From positions 5,195 to 69,194 of the forward strand of contig DATATB010000074.1 of the NCBI GenBank assembly GCA_036268995.1: a DNA stretch of 64,000 nucleotides, read 5' to 3'. Of the stretch, positions 7,487-16,434 are shown in pieces; position 1 is the first letter of the stretch; the number at the start of each line of letters is the position of its first letter. This DNA comes from Pirellulales bacterium (GTDB taxonomy: Bacteria > Planctomycetota > Planctomycetia > Pirellulales > PNKZ01). A program made the position numbers and the translations under genes. The notes under the pieces were generated by a model. The model did no database searches. It saw only the letters and a program-made list of their open reading frames with translations, and was not told the DNA's origin.

Positions 7487-9199
7487 ATGCCAACGTCCGA
7501 TCCCACGTCCGGCCCCGATTTGCCAGCCTCGCAGCTCCTCGATCCGGGGCCTCATGCGCTCGGTTGGCGCGGTATTGCTCTGATCGTGGCGTTCGGGGCA
7601 TCCATGCTGCTGATCGGTTTGGGCGGTCGCCGGGTGCTGACGTATCACGAGGTGGTGTTCGCCGAACCGGCCAAGGAAATGCTGGCCACCGGCGACTGGG
7701 TGGTTCCGCACATCGGCGGAATTCCCTTCCTGGACAAGCCCCCCGGAACCGCCTGGGCGATCGCCGCCGCGATGACGCTGCTCGACAGCCACGCTGAGTT
7801 CGTCGTGCGCTTGCCGTCGGTTTTGGCCGCCTTGATTGCCGCGGTGGTGGCCGCGATGCTGGCGGCCCGCTGGTTTGGCCGCTCGTGCGGCCTGCTGACC
7901 GGGCTGTTGTATCTTTCCAGCGTTCACGTGCTGCTGCAGGCCCGGCTGGCCGAAGCCGACACGCTGCTGTCCGCAGGCGTGACGATCGCGATGAGCCTGT
8001 TCGGCCTGGCCATTGTGCCCGGCCCGAGACCGCGACTCGAGGCGCGCTGGGCTCCGTGGCTGTTCTATGCAGCCCTGGCGTGGTGCGCGCTGGCGAAGGC
8101 CGGGATTGGCGTGGCCTTCGTGCTGTTGTCCTGCGCAGCGTATTGCCTGCTGGCGCGCGATCGCCGCGGCGTGCGATTTCTGCTCAGCCCGATCGGCTTG
8201 GCGCTATTCTTCTCGGCCTCGCTTGGCTGGCTGGCATTGGCCGTGTGGCGCTGCCCGTTGGTTTGGGACATTATGGTGCTGCACCATTTTGGCCGCTTCT
8301 CCGGACAGCAGGGACATCACGAGCCGCTCTTCGCGTATTTTTACCTGGTGCCGCTGGTGATGCTGCCGTGGACGCCGCTGGTGGGCATGGGCCTGGCCAG
8401 CGTATTGCGCAAAGGCGGAGCCGCCGATCCGCGCTGGCGGTTTTTGGCCTGCTGGTTTGTGCCGGGCATGTGCCTGCTGATTGCCAGCGCCTATAAATCG
8501 CGGCATTACCCCATCCCGCTGCTGGTGCCGCTGACGATCCTGGCCGCGATGGGGCTGATGCAGTATCTGACCATGCGCTACCGGCTGCAGCGCCCGCGGT
8601 TGGGCCTGCTGGCGGCGCTGACCGTGGCCGGCTCGGCGACCGCGATCGTTATCATCGAGCGATTGCAAGTCAAAAGCTATCACGGCATCGCCGCCCTGGT
8701 GGCCGTGGTGGGAATCGGCCTGCTGGCAGCCATGTATTGCGAAGCGCGTCGCCGGGCGGTCTGGCAAATCGGTGCCATGCTGGCCACCGCCTGGTGCGTG
8801 GCCGTCGGTGTGCAACTGTGGGTGATTCCCGGCCACGACTCTTATCGCCACCAGGTTGAGCTGGCCGCGCGGATCAATCGCGCGGTGCCGGAAGGCAAGA
8901 CGCTGTACATGCTGACCCTGCCGGACAATCAGATCACGTTTTATCTCCAGCCCCATGTAACGCGGATCGACACGGCCATCTATTTCGCCGATCAGGCCGA
9001 ACACGATGCGCCGCAAGAATACTTCGTGCTCGCGCCGATTCACGTGGCGGAAATGCTTTGCGAGCGGGGCGAAGGAAAGCTGCTGGATCGGGCCTCGGAC
9101 ATCAACAGCCGTTACATGACCGAGCGCGACCGGCTGACGTTCCTCGTTTGGAAACCGACCGCCTCGGCAGCCCGCAGTTCGCAGCCGCTGGCCCGCTAG
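7487..9199 (+). CDS. GT-C fold glycosyltransferase, family 39/83 (ArnT/PMT-like)
   Basis: 570 aa and polytopic. N-terminal loop signature EVVFAEPAKEMLATGDWVVPHIGGIPFLDKPPG, typical of ArnT/PMT-type lipid-linked-sugar transferases. Confidence 0.8.
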   Translation: MPTSDPTSGPDLPASQLLDPGPHALGWRGIALIVAFGASMLLIGLGGRRVLTYHEVVFAEPAKEMLATGDWVVPHIGGIPFLDKPPGTAWAIAAAMTLLDSHAEFVVRLPSVLAALIAAVVAAMLAARWFGRSCGLLTGLLYLSSVHVLLQARLAEADTLLSAGVTIAMSLFGLAIVPGPRPRLEARWAPWLFYAALAWCALAKAGIGVAFVLLSCAAYCLLARDRRGVRFLLSPIGLALFFSASLGWLALAVWRCPLVWDIMVLHHFGRFSGQQGHHEPLFAYFYLVPLVMLPWTPLVGMGLASVLRKGGAADPRWRFLACWFVPGMCLLIASAYKSRHYPIPLLVPLTILAAMGLMQYLTMRYRLQRPRLGLLAALTVAGSATAIVIIERLQVKSYHGIAALVAVVGIGLLAAMYCEARRRAVWQIGAMLATAWCVAVGVQLWVIPGHDSYRHQVELAARINRAVPEGKTLYMLTLPDNQITFYLQPHVTRIDTAIYFADQAEHDAPQEYFVLAPIHVAEMLCERGEGKLLDRASDINSRYMTERDRLTFLVWKPTASAARSSQPLAR

Positions 9200-9209
9200 C
9201 AGTTGTGCC

Positions 9210-9275
9210 GTAGCGGAATTCGAGAGAATTCCGGGGGCGCACGATTGCGTCCGGAAGTCTCACGACTTCCGCTAC
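9210..9275. repeat. 66-bp GTAG...CTAC double-hairpin element (family C, copy 1)
   Basis: GTAG-CGGAATTC-GAGA-GAATTCCG ... CGGAAGTC-TCAC-GACTTCCG-CTAC. These are two inverted REP-like units. A near-identical copy is at 10506-10571 and a half copy at 39260-39299. Confidence 0.85.
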
Positions 9276-9277
9276 GG

Positions 9278-9299
9278 CCCACGGACCGCAGTTCGTGGG
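9278..9299. repeat. CCCACGGACCGC(G/A)GT(C/T)CGTGGG palindrome (family B, degenerate copy)
   Basis: cccacggaccgcagttcgtggg. Perfect or near-perfect copies occur at 15280-15303 and 16407-16430. Confidence 0.7.
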
Positions 9300-9431
9300 C
9301 TTGGTTGCGCGTGAAAGTGTGCTTTACCTCGCTGGGCGTGCGAGATAGCATGCTGCCGCGACCGGGGCGTGGATGTCCTGGTTTTGCTTACTGCGCGGCA
9401 CGCTTGAGAGCTCGAAGGAATCGAATCGCCG

Positions 9432-10496
9432 ATGCTCCGCTCGCCCAAGTTGATCTCGCTGGTCTTGCCGGTCTACAACGAGCAGGACGTGCTGCCGCTG
9501 TTGTTGCCGCGATTGCTGGCGCTGGCCGCCCAGTTGCCGTGCGCGGTCGAAATCATCTTTGTCAACGATGGCAGCCGCGATCGCACGGGCGTGCTGCTGG
9601 CCCAAGCGGCCGCCAGCCGGCCGGAAGTCAAGGTCATCGAGTTCTCGCGGAATTTCGGACACCAGGCCGCGATCACGGCCGGCACCGATTTCGCCAGCGG
9701 CGACGCCGTGGTGGTGATGGACGCCGATTTGCAAGACCCGCCGGAACTGGTCCTGGCGATGGTCGAGCAATACGGCCGCGGGTATGACGTGGTTTACGCC
9801 CAGCGGACGGCACGGCATGGCGAGACGCGCTTCAAGCGCGCGACGGCCGCCGTGTTTTACTGGCTGATGCAGCGGCTGGTTCACGAAGATCTGCCGGAAA
9901 ACGCCGGCGACTTCCGGCTGATGAGCCGCGAGGTGGTGGCGGCGCTGCGGCAGCTGCGCGAGCAGCACCGCTTTGTGCGCGGGATGGTCACGTGGGTCGG
10001 ATTTCGCCAGGTGGCGCTCCCCTTCGAGCGGCCGCCCCGTGCGGCCGGCCAGACCAAGTATCCGCTGCGAAAAATGCTGGCCTTCGCCTGGCGGGCGATC
10101 ACTTCATTTTCCGGCGTCCCTTTGCGATTGGCGCTATATGGAGGGGTTGCGCTCACTCTGCTCGCGCTCGGCTACGCCGGCTGGGCCGTGTACAAGGCAG
10201 TAGTGCTCGGCGAAACGGTGCGCGGCTGGGCCTCGCTGGTTTGCCTGCAAGTGGGCCTCTCGGGCATCACCTTCCTGATCATGGGGCTGGTGGGCGACTA
10301 CATCGCGCGCATCTACGAAGAAATCAAAGGCCGGCCGCTGTATATCGTGCGCGGGCTGGCCAACATCACGCTCGAAGGTGCGCAGCATCCGCTGCCACGG
10401 TCAGCCGTCTGCCTGCCCGCCGACGCTCCGGCCACGCTGCCGGCGCCGCACGCCCCACGCTGGGCCGCCGCGGAATCACGCGACGTGGCCGCCTGA
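9432..10496 (+). CDS. family 2 glycosyltransferase, polyprenyl-phosphate sugar synthase type (ArnC/GtrB/DPM1-like)
   Basis: SLVLPVYNE...IFVNDGSRDRT...VVMDADLQDPPE, followed by two C-terminal TM helices. This is the classic GtrB/ArnC architecture. Confidence 0.9.
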   Translation: MLRSPKLISLVLPVYNEQDVLPLLLPRLLALAAQLPCAVEIIFVNDGSRDRTGVLLAQAAASRPEVKVIEFSRNFGHQAAITAGTDFASGDAVVVMDADLQDPPELVLAMVEQYGRGYDVVYAQRTARHGETRFKRATAAVFYWLMQRLVHEDLPENAGDFRLMSREVVAALRQLREQHRFVRGMVTWVGFRQVALPFERPPRAAGQTKYPLRKMLAFAWRAITSFSGVPLRLALYGGVALTLLALGYAGWAVYKAVVLGETVRGWASLVCLQVGLSGITFLIMGLVGDYIARIYEEIKGRPLYIVRGLANITLEGAQHPLPRSAVCLPADAPATLPAPHAPRWAAAESRDVAA

Positions 10497-10505
10497 GTCC
10501 CGCCG

Positions 10506-10571
10506 GTAGCGGAATTCGTAAGAATTCCGAAATGTTGCCGAGAACGTCGGAAGTTTCACGACTTCCGCTAC
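10506..10571. repeat. 66-bp GTAG...CTAC double-hairpin element (family C, copy 2)
   Basis: GTAG-CGGAATTC-GTAA-GAATTCCG ... CGGAAGTT-TCAC-GACTTCCG-CTAC. Same length and orientation as copy 1. It sits 10 nt after the GT2 stop and 6 nt before the convergent PP2C stop. Confidence 0.85.
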
Positions 10572-10576
10572 AGCAT

Positions 10577-11866
10577 CTACGGCGCGTCGAGATCGACGGC
10601 GGGCTTGGCGCCGCGGGCTTGCTTGTTGCGCAGCTGCTGCATCATGAAGCTGATGGCGCGGCAGTAGGAGCGAATGGCGCCGGCGTAGTCTTGTGAAGTC
10701 ATGGCCGTTGATGCCTGGCGGCAGAGGCCGTCGAAGCGGGGCCAATCGATCTCCCAATGCTGTTGCACGGCTTCTTCGCGCAGCGGCTCGACCACGGCCG
10801 CCACGCGCTGGGCGGCGGCCAAATCGAGTTCGCAGACGTACGAACGGTGCGGTCCGCGGCCCAGGCGGGCGCCAGTACCCAGCGCCCGGTCTTCGCCTCC
10901 GCTGAAGCGGCGGAGAAACATTGTCAGCGCCGTGCCCAAGGCGGCAATGCCGAAGCCGGCCGCCGCGTAAAGCTGTTCGGTCAGGGCCAGCATGGCGGCG
11001 GCAAGAATCAAGACGCCCAGCGCGACCCACCAACCGGTCGCGATGGCCGGGCTGGAAGTCCCCCCGGATCGAGAAGCCACCACGCCCGGCGGCATCGACG
11101 CCACGCGCGCCACCAGCACGGTGATGTTGTCGGGACCGCCCCGCAGATTGGCCAGGTCTACCAGCGTGCGCGCCGCTTCCGCAGGCGGAAGCGTGGCCAG
11201 TATGATGCCCAAATCGGTATCGCCCACCGGCCCGCTCAGTCCGTCGCTGCACAGCAGAAACGTATCGCCGACGGCCAGCGGAAACGGCCCCTCGAGATCG
11301 ACTTGCACGTGGTCGGTCGGGCCCAGCGAGCGTGTGATGATATTCTTGGGAATGTAGCCCGGCATTTCGCCTTCGGTCAGCTTGTTGCCGGCCATCATCT
11401 CCCAGACCAGGCTATGGTCGAAGGATAACTGCTCCAGCCGATTGCCGCGCAGGCGATACACGCGGCTATCGCCCACGTGGGCCACGACGGCCCCCTCGGG
11501 CAGTAGCAGCAGCACGCTGGTGGTCGTGCCCATGCCTTTGAAGTCCGGATTGGCCTGACCGCCGGCGTGGATTTTGGCGTTGGCCTCTTCCACCGATTTG
11601 CGAATGGCGTCGGCCGGCGAGCGGTCGAGCAGCTTGTAGTAGGTCAGGCCGACGGTATCCACCGCCATTTTGCTGGCCAGTTCGCCGGCCGCATGAGCGC
11701 CCATGCCGTCGGCCACCATGAACAAGTGTCCGCGGCTCTGCCACTGATCCTGGGTGCCAGCCATGACCTGCTTCAGCGAATCCTGATTGTTCGAGCGGCG
11801 CAGGCCGACGTCGGTGACTTCAGCATGTTCCAAGAAGCTTTGCCAAGCAGGCAGATTGTTGTCCAT
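10577..11866 (-). CDS. PP2C-family Ser/Thr phosphatase with 2 TM and a C-terminal cytoplasmic domain
   Basis: TDVGLRRSNNQDS, FMVADGMGAHAAGE, GDSRVYRL, LLCSDGL and GGPDNITVLVARV. Start taken at the internal ATG 11866 (MDNNLPAWQ); the track ORF extends to 11932. Confidence 0.85.
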   Translation of the reverse strand: MDNNLPAWQSFLEHAEVTDVGLRRSNNQDSLKQVMAGTQDQWQSRGHLFMVADGMGAHAAGELASKMAVDTVGLTYYKLLDRSPADAIRKSVEEANAKIHAGGQANPDFKGMGTTTSVLLLLPEGAVVAHVGDSRVYRLRGNRLEQLSFDHSLVWEMMAGNKLTEGEMPGYIPKNIITRSLGPTDHVQVDLEGPFPLAVGDTFLLCSDGLSGPVGDTDLGIILATLPPAEAARTLVDLANLRGGPDNITVLVARVASMPPGVVASRSGGTSSPAIATGWWVALGVLILAAAMLALTEQLYAAAGFGIAALGTALTMFLRRFSGGEDRALGTGARLGRGPHRSYVCELDLAAAQRVAAVVEPLREEAVQQHWEIDWPRFDGLCRQASTAMTSQDYAGAIRSYCRAISFMMQQLRNKQARGAKPAVDLDAP

Positions 11867-11996
11867 CGTCGTCCTGGAAAACAGCCGATTGTGCTTTCTT
11901 GTGCCAAGTACCCAGCGTTTGGATTTTAACATGCCAGCATAACACGAAACAGCCGGACTTGTGCGGATCGTGGACTACTGGTCGCATCCTCCGGTC

Positions 11997-12050
11997 GTTG
12001 ACGCTCCCGGCTCGCCACGCCCCCCGGCTCGCCGTTCGCTAGCGAACGGC
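11997..12050. repeat. dispersed repeat (family H) ending in a 20-bp perfect palindrome
   Basis: gTTGACGCTCCCGGCTCGCC, an internal cccggctcgcc duplication, then the palindrome GCCGTTCGCTAGCGAACGGC (12031-12050). A reverse-complement copy of the TGACGCTCCCGGCTCGCC..CGTTCGC core is at 36283-36310. Confidence 0.7.
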
Positions 12051-12153
12051 AATCGGCCTGGATTGGCCCCTGGGGGGCGGCTATACTCCCGGCCCTTTCT
12101 AGCGCCGGCTCCGGTTCATGGCTTTTTCCGTTACACAATGACTCCCTGGGCTG

Positions 12154-12867
12154 ATGGCCTGGGGTTCGCCAGACGGCCGGTTCCGGAGACCGCCGACGTT
12201 TCAGTGGCCAGATGCGAGGTCGTGCGTGCCGCGTTGCCAGGCAAAATCGAGGCTGAGGGCCGCTTGCGCTCGCGGGCTGGCCTGGCTCTGCGCATCGAGC
12301 CTGCTCCTTTCAAGCGGCGGCTGCGTGCAGCGGCGGCTCACGATCCGCAGCAATCCGCCCGGCGCCCTGGTATATGTCGACAACTATGAGATCGGCACGA
12401 CGCCGGTCTCGACCGATTATATTTATTACGGCACGCGGCGCATCCGGCTGATCAAAGACGGCTATGCGACGCTGGATATCAAGCAGTGGATCCCGCCGCC
12501 GTGGTACGAGATCTTTCCGCTGGAATTCGTGTCTGAGAACCTGGTACCGGCCGAGATCCGCGACCATCGGGTGCTCGAGTTCCAGCTTGTGCCGCAAATG
12601 ATCGTGCCCACCGAGCAGTTGCTGGGCCGGGCCGAAAACCTGCGGCAGGGGAGCAAGGCGGAGACCTATGTGCCGCCGCCGACGATCAAGCAGCCCTTCG
12701 GCATCGTGCCACCGCCATGGCTGCCAGCCATTTCGGGCGGCGGGCCGACGACGACGCCCGCGCCCATTACCGTTCCACCGCCGATGGTCCCGCCGGCGAC
12801 GGAAATTCAGCCCGGCATGATGATGGGCCCCTCGGGTCCCCTGCCTCCGCCGGGAGCCGGCAGCTGA
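12154..12867 (+). CDS. PEGA-domain lipoprotein with a Pro-rich tail
   Basis: Lipobox-like LLLSSGGC, then a PEGA pattern LTIRSNPPGALVYVDNYEIGTTP...IRLIKDGY. Start ambiguous: ATG 12154 or in-frame GTG 12226. Confidence 0.7.
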   Translation: MAWGSPDGRFRRPPTFQWPDARSCVPRCQAKSRLRAACARGLAWLCASSLLLSSGGCVQRRLTIRSNPPGALVYVDNYEIGTTPVSTDYIYYGTRRIRLIKDGYATLDIKQWIPPPWYEIFPLEFVSENLVPAEIRDHRVLEFQLVPQMIVPTEQLLGRAENLRQGSKAETYVPPPTIKQPFGIVPPPWLPAISGGGPTTTPAPITVPPPMVPPATEIQPGMMMGPSGPLPPPGAGS

Positions 12868-12897
12868 GCGGGCGAACAGCCGCGACCGACGACGAGG

Positions 12898-12922
12898 CGC
12901 GACCAGCGGTCGCGGCTTTATG
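12898..12922. repeat. CGCGACC-AGC-GGTCGCG hairpin + GCTTTATG (family D)
   Basis: cgcgaccagcggtcgcggctttatg. Related copies at 36331-36346 and 39228-39252 (opposite orientation). Confidence 0.75.
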
Positions 12923-12933
12923 CCGGAGGACGC

Positions 12934-13155
12934 CTACTCGTCCAATTGGCCTTCGAACGAGTCGAGTCGGCGGTGAATTTCGCGGACCACGCTGCCGGCC
13001 AGGTCGTTGGGATCGGCCGAAAAGCCGCCGGTGAGCGTCACCTGCACCGTGATCTTGCCATCGGCGCCGCGCGCGGGCGTGATTACCAGCCAGGGGGCCA
13101 ACTGGTGCAGTTGGGCGGCCTCGCGCTCGAGTGCTTTCAAAGGATCGTCAGTCAT
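12934..13155 (-). CDS. small hypothetical protein (73 aa)
   Basis: ORF with internal ATG 13155 (MTDDPLKALEREAAQL...). No family recognised. Confidence 0.4.
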   Translation of the reverse strand: MTDDPLKALEREAAQLHQLAPWLVITPARGADGKITVQVTLTGGFSADPNDLAGSVVREIHRRLDSFEGQLDE

Positions 13156-13291
13156 GGACTCAACCTCGTTGTCGCAACCGCGCCCCACAACAGCCCCCAA
13201 TGCCGAGCGAACGATTCATCCGGTCGGCCGGAAACAGAAGATATCCCCTGCTCCACCGCGGGACAACCGCCAAAGATAGCGGGGCGCCGGG

Positions 13292-14395
13292 CTATTTGAT
13301 GCCCGAGCTGCGCCGCAGCGCGCCGCCCACGCCGATGAGTTCGGGATGCCGCGCGATCTTGTCGGTAAAGGCCCGGGCGTCGCGCAGCATGGGCTGCAGC
13401 TCGCACATCATCTGGTTGACGTTGGCGATCGTCTGGTTGACTTGCTGGTAGAGCTCGTCGTCCTTGAGCAAGTGGCCGATGGTTCCCTCGGGCGAGTTGA
13501 GCGCGCGGGTGAAGACGCTGAGGTCGCCGACCAGTCGGTTGACGCCGGCCGTGGCCGTCTCGATGTTCTGGACGAGCTGCGCTCCGCGCTCGCCCAGCGG
13601 CTTGGTGAGGCCTTCGAAGTTTCGAAGGTTGCGGTCGGCCGATTCGAAGGTGTTTTGCATGTGGTTGAGCACTTCGTTCATGCGGCCGACCGTGCGGGGA
13701 AATTCGGCCGCGGCGGCCAGCACGTTGTTACGCAGCGCCGGATCGCCCACCAGCAGGTTGGCGTTCTTCGAGGTTTCCTGCAGACTGTCGAGCGTGAGCT
13801 CGGCCTTGTTGATGACGCGGACCATCTGTTCGTTGTTATTCCGCAGGATGTCATTGACCCGGCGTGAGAGCAGGCCGATTTCGTCGCTGGTTTTGGCGAC
13901 CGAACGCAGGGCGCCGGCCAGGTTGCCCTGCAAATCGCTGATCACCTTCAAGGGATCGTTGGCCGTCTCGCCTTCGACCATTTCGCCCGGCTGGATGACC
14001 GGGCCGGCGCCTTTGGGAGGCTGGGTGGTACGATGCGCGCGGGCCGGCACCAATTGAATATACGCGTCGCCCAACAGCTCCTTCGAGATTTTCGGTACTT
14101 CGTTGCGGCGAATCTGGCGGTTGGCGTCGATCTGCAGCGTGATCACGACACCTTCGAGCTTGGGATCGAGGTCTTCGGCGAACTGCACCTTGCTGACTCG
14201 TCCGATCAGAATGCCGCTCTTGCGGACCGGCGTGCCGACGGAAATGTCCGGGGCCTCGGGAAAATCGACGTACACGGTGTACGGCCTTTCCACGAGGTTG
14301 GGAAAACCGTCGAACAGCACGACCAGGATGGCCGTGATGAACACGGTGGCCAGCACCATCACGCCTACACGGAATTGGACGACGCGTTCGTTCAT
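13292..14395 (-). CDS. mlaD: MlaD/MCE-family substrate-binding component of an ABC lipid transporter
   Basis: N-terminal TM, then an MCE fold text YTVYVDFPEAPDISVGTPVRKSGILIGRV and a long helical C-terminus. It lies last in the mlaE-mlaF-mlaD order. Confidence 0.85.
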   Translation of the reverse strand: MNERVVQFRVGVMVLATVFITAILVVLFDGFPNLVERPYTVYVDFPEAPDISVGTPVRKSGILIGRVSKVQFAEDLDPKLEGVVITLQIDANRQIRRNEVPKISKELLGDAYIQLVPARAHRTTQPPKGAGPVIQPGEMVEGETANDPLKVISDLQGNLAGALRSVAKTSDEIGLLSRRVNDILRNNNEQMVRVINKAELTLDSLQETSKNANLLVGDPALRNNVLAAAAEFPRTVGRMNEVLNHMQNTFESADRNLRNFEGLTKPLGERGAQLVQNIETATAGVNRLVGDLSVFTRALNSPEGTIGHLLKDDELYQQVNQTIANVNQMMCELQPMLRDARAFTDKIARHPELIGVGGALRRSSGIK

Positions 14396-14402
14396 GTCGG
14401 AA

Positions 14403-15239
14403 TCAGTTGCCTGCCGCTTGCTCGCGCATTTCCATCAGACGCTCGCCCGCCTCGCCGCGCACGAATTGCGTCACGCGGCGGTCCTTGCAGCGGTCAATCT
14501 CCTGCGGCGAGCCGTCGAAGAGCACCTGCGACTCGCCCTTCTTCAACCGCCCCAGCGGGTACAGCATGACGACGCGGTCCGCCACCTTGTGCGCCGTGTG
14601 CATGTCGTGCGTGACGACGATGCTGGTCACCGGGTAGCGCTGCCGCGTGCGGATAATCAGCTCGTTGATTACGTCGCTCATGATCGGATCCAGCCCCGTC
14701 GTCGGCTCGTCGTAGAGCACGATTTCGGGATTCATGGCCAGCGCCCGGGCCAATCCCACGCGTTTGCGCATGCCGCCGGACAACTCGGCCGGTTTCTTTT
14801 CAGCGGCGGAGGCGGGCAGACCCACCTCGGCCAGCCGTGCCAGCACAATCTCGCGGATTTCGGCCGACTTCTTTTCCGTGTGCTGACGCAGCGGAAAGCC
14901 GACGTTTTGGGCGATGGTCATGCTGTCGAACAGCGCGGCCTGCTGAAACACAAAACCAAAGCGAATCCGCTCCAGGGCCACCTGCCGCTCGTCGAGCGTC
15001 GCGAAATCCTTTCCGGCAAACCGCACCTGGCCTTCGCTCGGCCGCACCAATCCGATGATCGTCTTCAGCAGCACTGTCTTGCCGCAGCCGCTTTCGCCAA
15101 TGATGGCCACTGTTTGCCCGCGCGGGATCACGAGGCTGATGTCGCGCAGCACCCGCTGCCGGCCGAAAATGACGTGCAGGCCGTGCGTTTCGATGATCGG
15201 CCCCGAGTGCTCGGGGTTCTGCGCTTGTTCTTCGGCCAT
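14403..15239 (-). CDS. mlaF: ABC transporter ATP-binding protein (MlaF-like)
   Basis: Walker A GESGCGKT, signature LSGGMRKRV and Walker B IVLYDEPT. Start at ATG 15239 (MAEEQAQNPE). The track ORF to 15611 runs through the intergenic repeat and mlaE. Confidence 0.9.
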   Translation of the reverse strand: MAEEQAQNPEHSGPIIETHGLHVIFGRQRVLRDISLVIPRGQTVAIIGESGCGKTVLLKTIIGLVRPSEGQVRFAGKDFATLDERQVALERIRFGFVFQQAALFDSMTIAQNVGFPLRQHTEKKSAEIREIVLARLAEVGLPASAAEKKPAELSGGMRKRVGLARALAMNPEIVLYDEPTTGLDPIMSDVINELIIRTRQRYPVTSIVVTHDMHTAHKVADRVVMLYPLGRLKKGESQVLFDGSPQEIDRCKDRRVTQFVRGEAGERLMEMREQAAGN

Positions 15240-15279
15240 AGCGATCCACTGCGAAATCGAAATCAACGATTCGGGTGAA

Positions 15280-15303
15280 GCCCACGGACCGCGGTCCGTG
15301 GGC
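15280..15303. repeat. 24-bp perfect palindrome GCCCACGGACCGCGGTCCGTGGGC (family B) flanked by GTGAA direct repeats
   Basis: Perfect self-complementarity. GTGAA lies immediately on both sides (15275-15279 and 15304-15308). It sits in the 104-nt mlaE-mlaF gap. Confidence 0.85.
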
Positions 15304-15343
15304 GTGAAGGTCTCGAGCCGGCGCTTGCGGAGTAAAAATTGCA

Positions 15344-16219
15344 TCACAGCCCGATCGGCGAACTGCGATTCGGCCAGATCATCGTAGACAGTCCGTCCAG
15401 GAAGATGCCCAGTTCCAGGTCCAACATCAGGATCAGCACGAACGAAACGACAAAGGCGCTGGTGGCCGCCCGGCCGACGCCCTCGGCTCCGGGATCGCAA
15501 TGGAAGCCGCGATGGCAGCTCACCAAGGCAATGGCCCCGCCAAAAAACAGGCTCTTGAAGGCTCCCATGAAGAGGTCGAACGCTCCGACCGCCTTCTGCG
15601 AGTTGTCCCAATAGTGATGCTGATCGATGCCCAAGAGCATCGTGCTATAGAACCAGCCGCCGGCCACGCCCATGAAGTCGGCCATGATCGTCAGCGTTGG
15701 AATCAGCACCAGGCAGCCCAGAAACCGCGGCACGACGAGGTAATGCACGGGGTTGGCGCCCATCGCGCTGAGCGCATCGATCTGTTCGGTGACGCGCATG
15801 GTGCCCAACTCGGCCGCCATGGCGCTGCCGACGCGGCCAGCCAACATCGTGGCCGCCAGCACCGGGCCCAACTCGCGCACCAACGAAAGATTGATCACGC
15901 CGCCCAGCCGGGTTTCCAGGTGCAGCGAACGGAACTGACTATAACTCTGCACGGCCAGCACCATGCCGATAAACGTCCCGGTCAGCGCCACCACCGGCAG
16001 CGACAGCACGCCGATCTGGTAAAAGCTAGGCAGAATGGTGCCCCGCTGCGGCAGCCGCGTCACCAGCCAGCGCAGCGTGCGCAGGGCGAACAGCGCCACG
16101 TCGCCGATGCCGCCGACCCACGCCATTGCCACGTCGCCCACGTCCGAAATCCAATCGGCGATCGCGGCCGAGAATCGACGGCGCGGCTTGGCAGGTAGCG
16201 GCGAGCTGGCGCTGGACAT
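15344..16219 (-). CDS. mlaE: ABC transporter permease (MlaE family)
   Basis: 291 aa polytopic protein with the MlaE-type text [36 protein letters not shown]. Confidence 0.9.
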   Translation of the reverse strand: MSSASSPLPAKPRRRFSAAIADWISDVGDVAMAWVGGIGDVALFALRTLRWLVTRLPQRGTILPSFYQIGVLSLPVVALTGTFIGMVLAVQSYSQFRSLHLETRLGGVINLSLVRELGPVLAATMLAGRVGSAMAAELGTMRVTEQIDALSAMGANPVHYLVVPRFLGCLVLIPTLTIMADFMGVAGGWFYSTMLLGIDQHHYWDNSQKAVGAFDLFMGAFKSLFFGGAIALVSCHRGFHCDPGAEGVGRAATSAFVVSFVLILMLDLELGIFLDGLSTMIWPNRSSPIGL

Positions 16220-16406
16220 GTGCTGGCATCCCCGAGGCGTTCAAAGTCGAGAGTGTCCCCCGGAGGGCGCGCTAGCCCGGGGCACTTCCAGACAGTTCGA
16301 CAGGTCTGCCGTCAACGCTTTAACCGGAAATGCCGGATACACCGCTGGGGCAAGCTGTGCCGCCAATGACGGCGCGCGGAAACCGGTGAAATTGCCACGC
16401 GCACAA

Positions 16407-16430
16407 CCCCACGGACTGCGGTCCGTGGGG
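16407..16430. repeat. CCCCACGGACTGCGGTCCGTGGGG palindrome (family B)
   Basis: One central mismatch relative to the copy at 15280. It sits just downstream of the clpC terminator. Confidence 0.8.
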
Positions 16431-16434
16431 GCGC

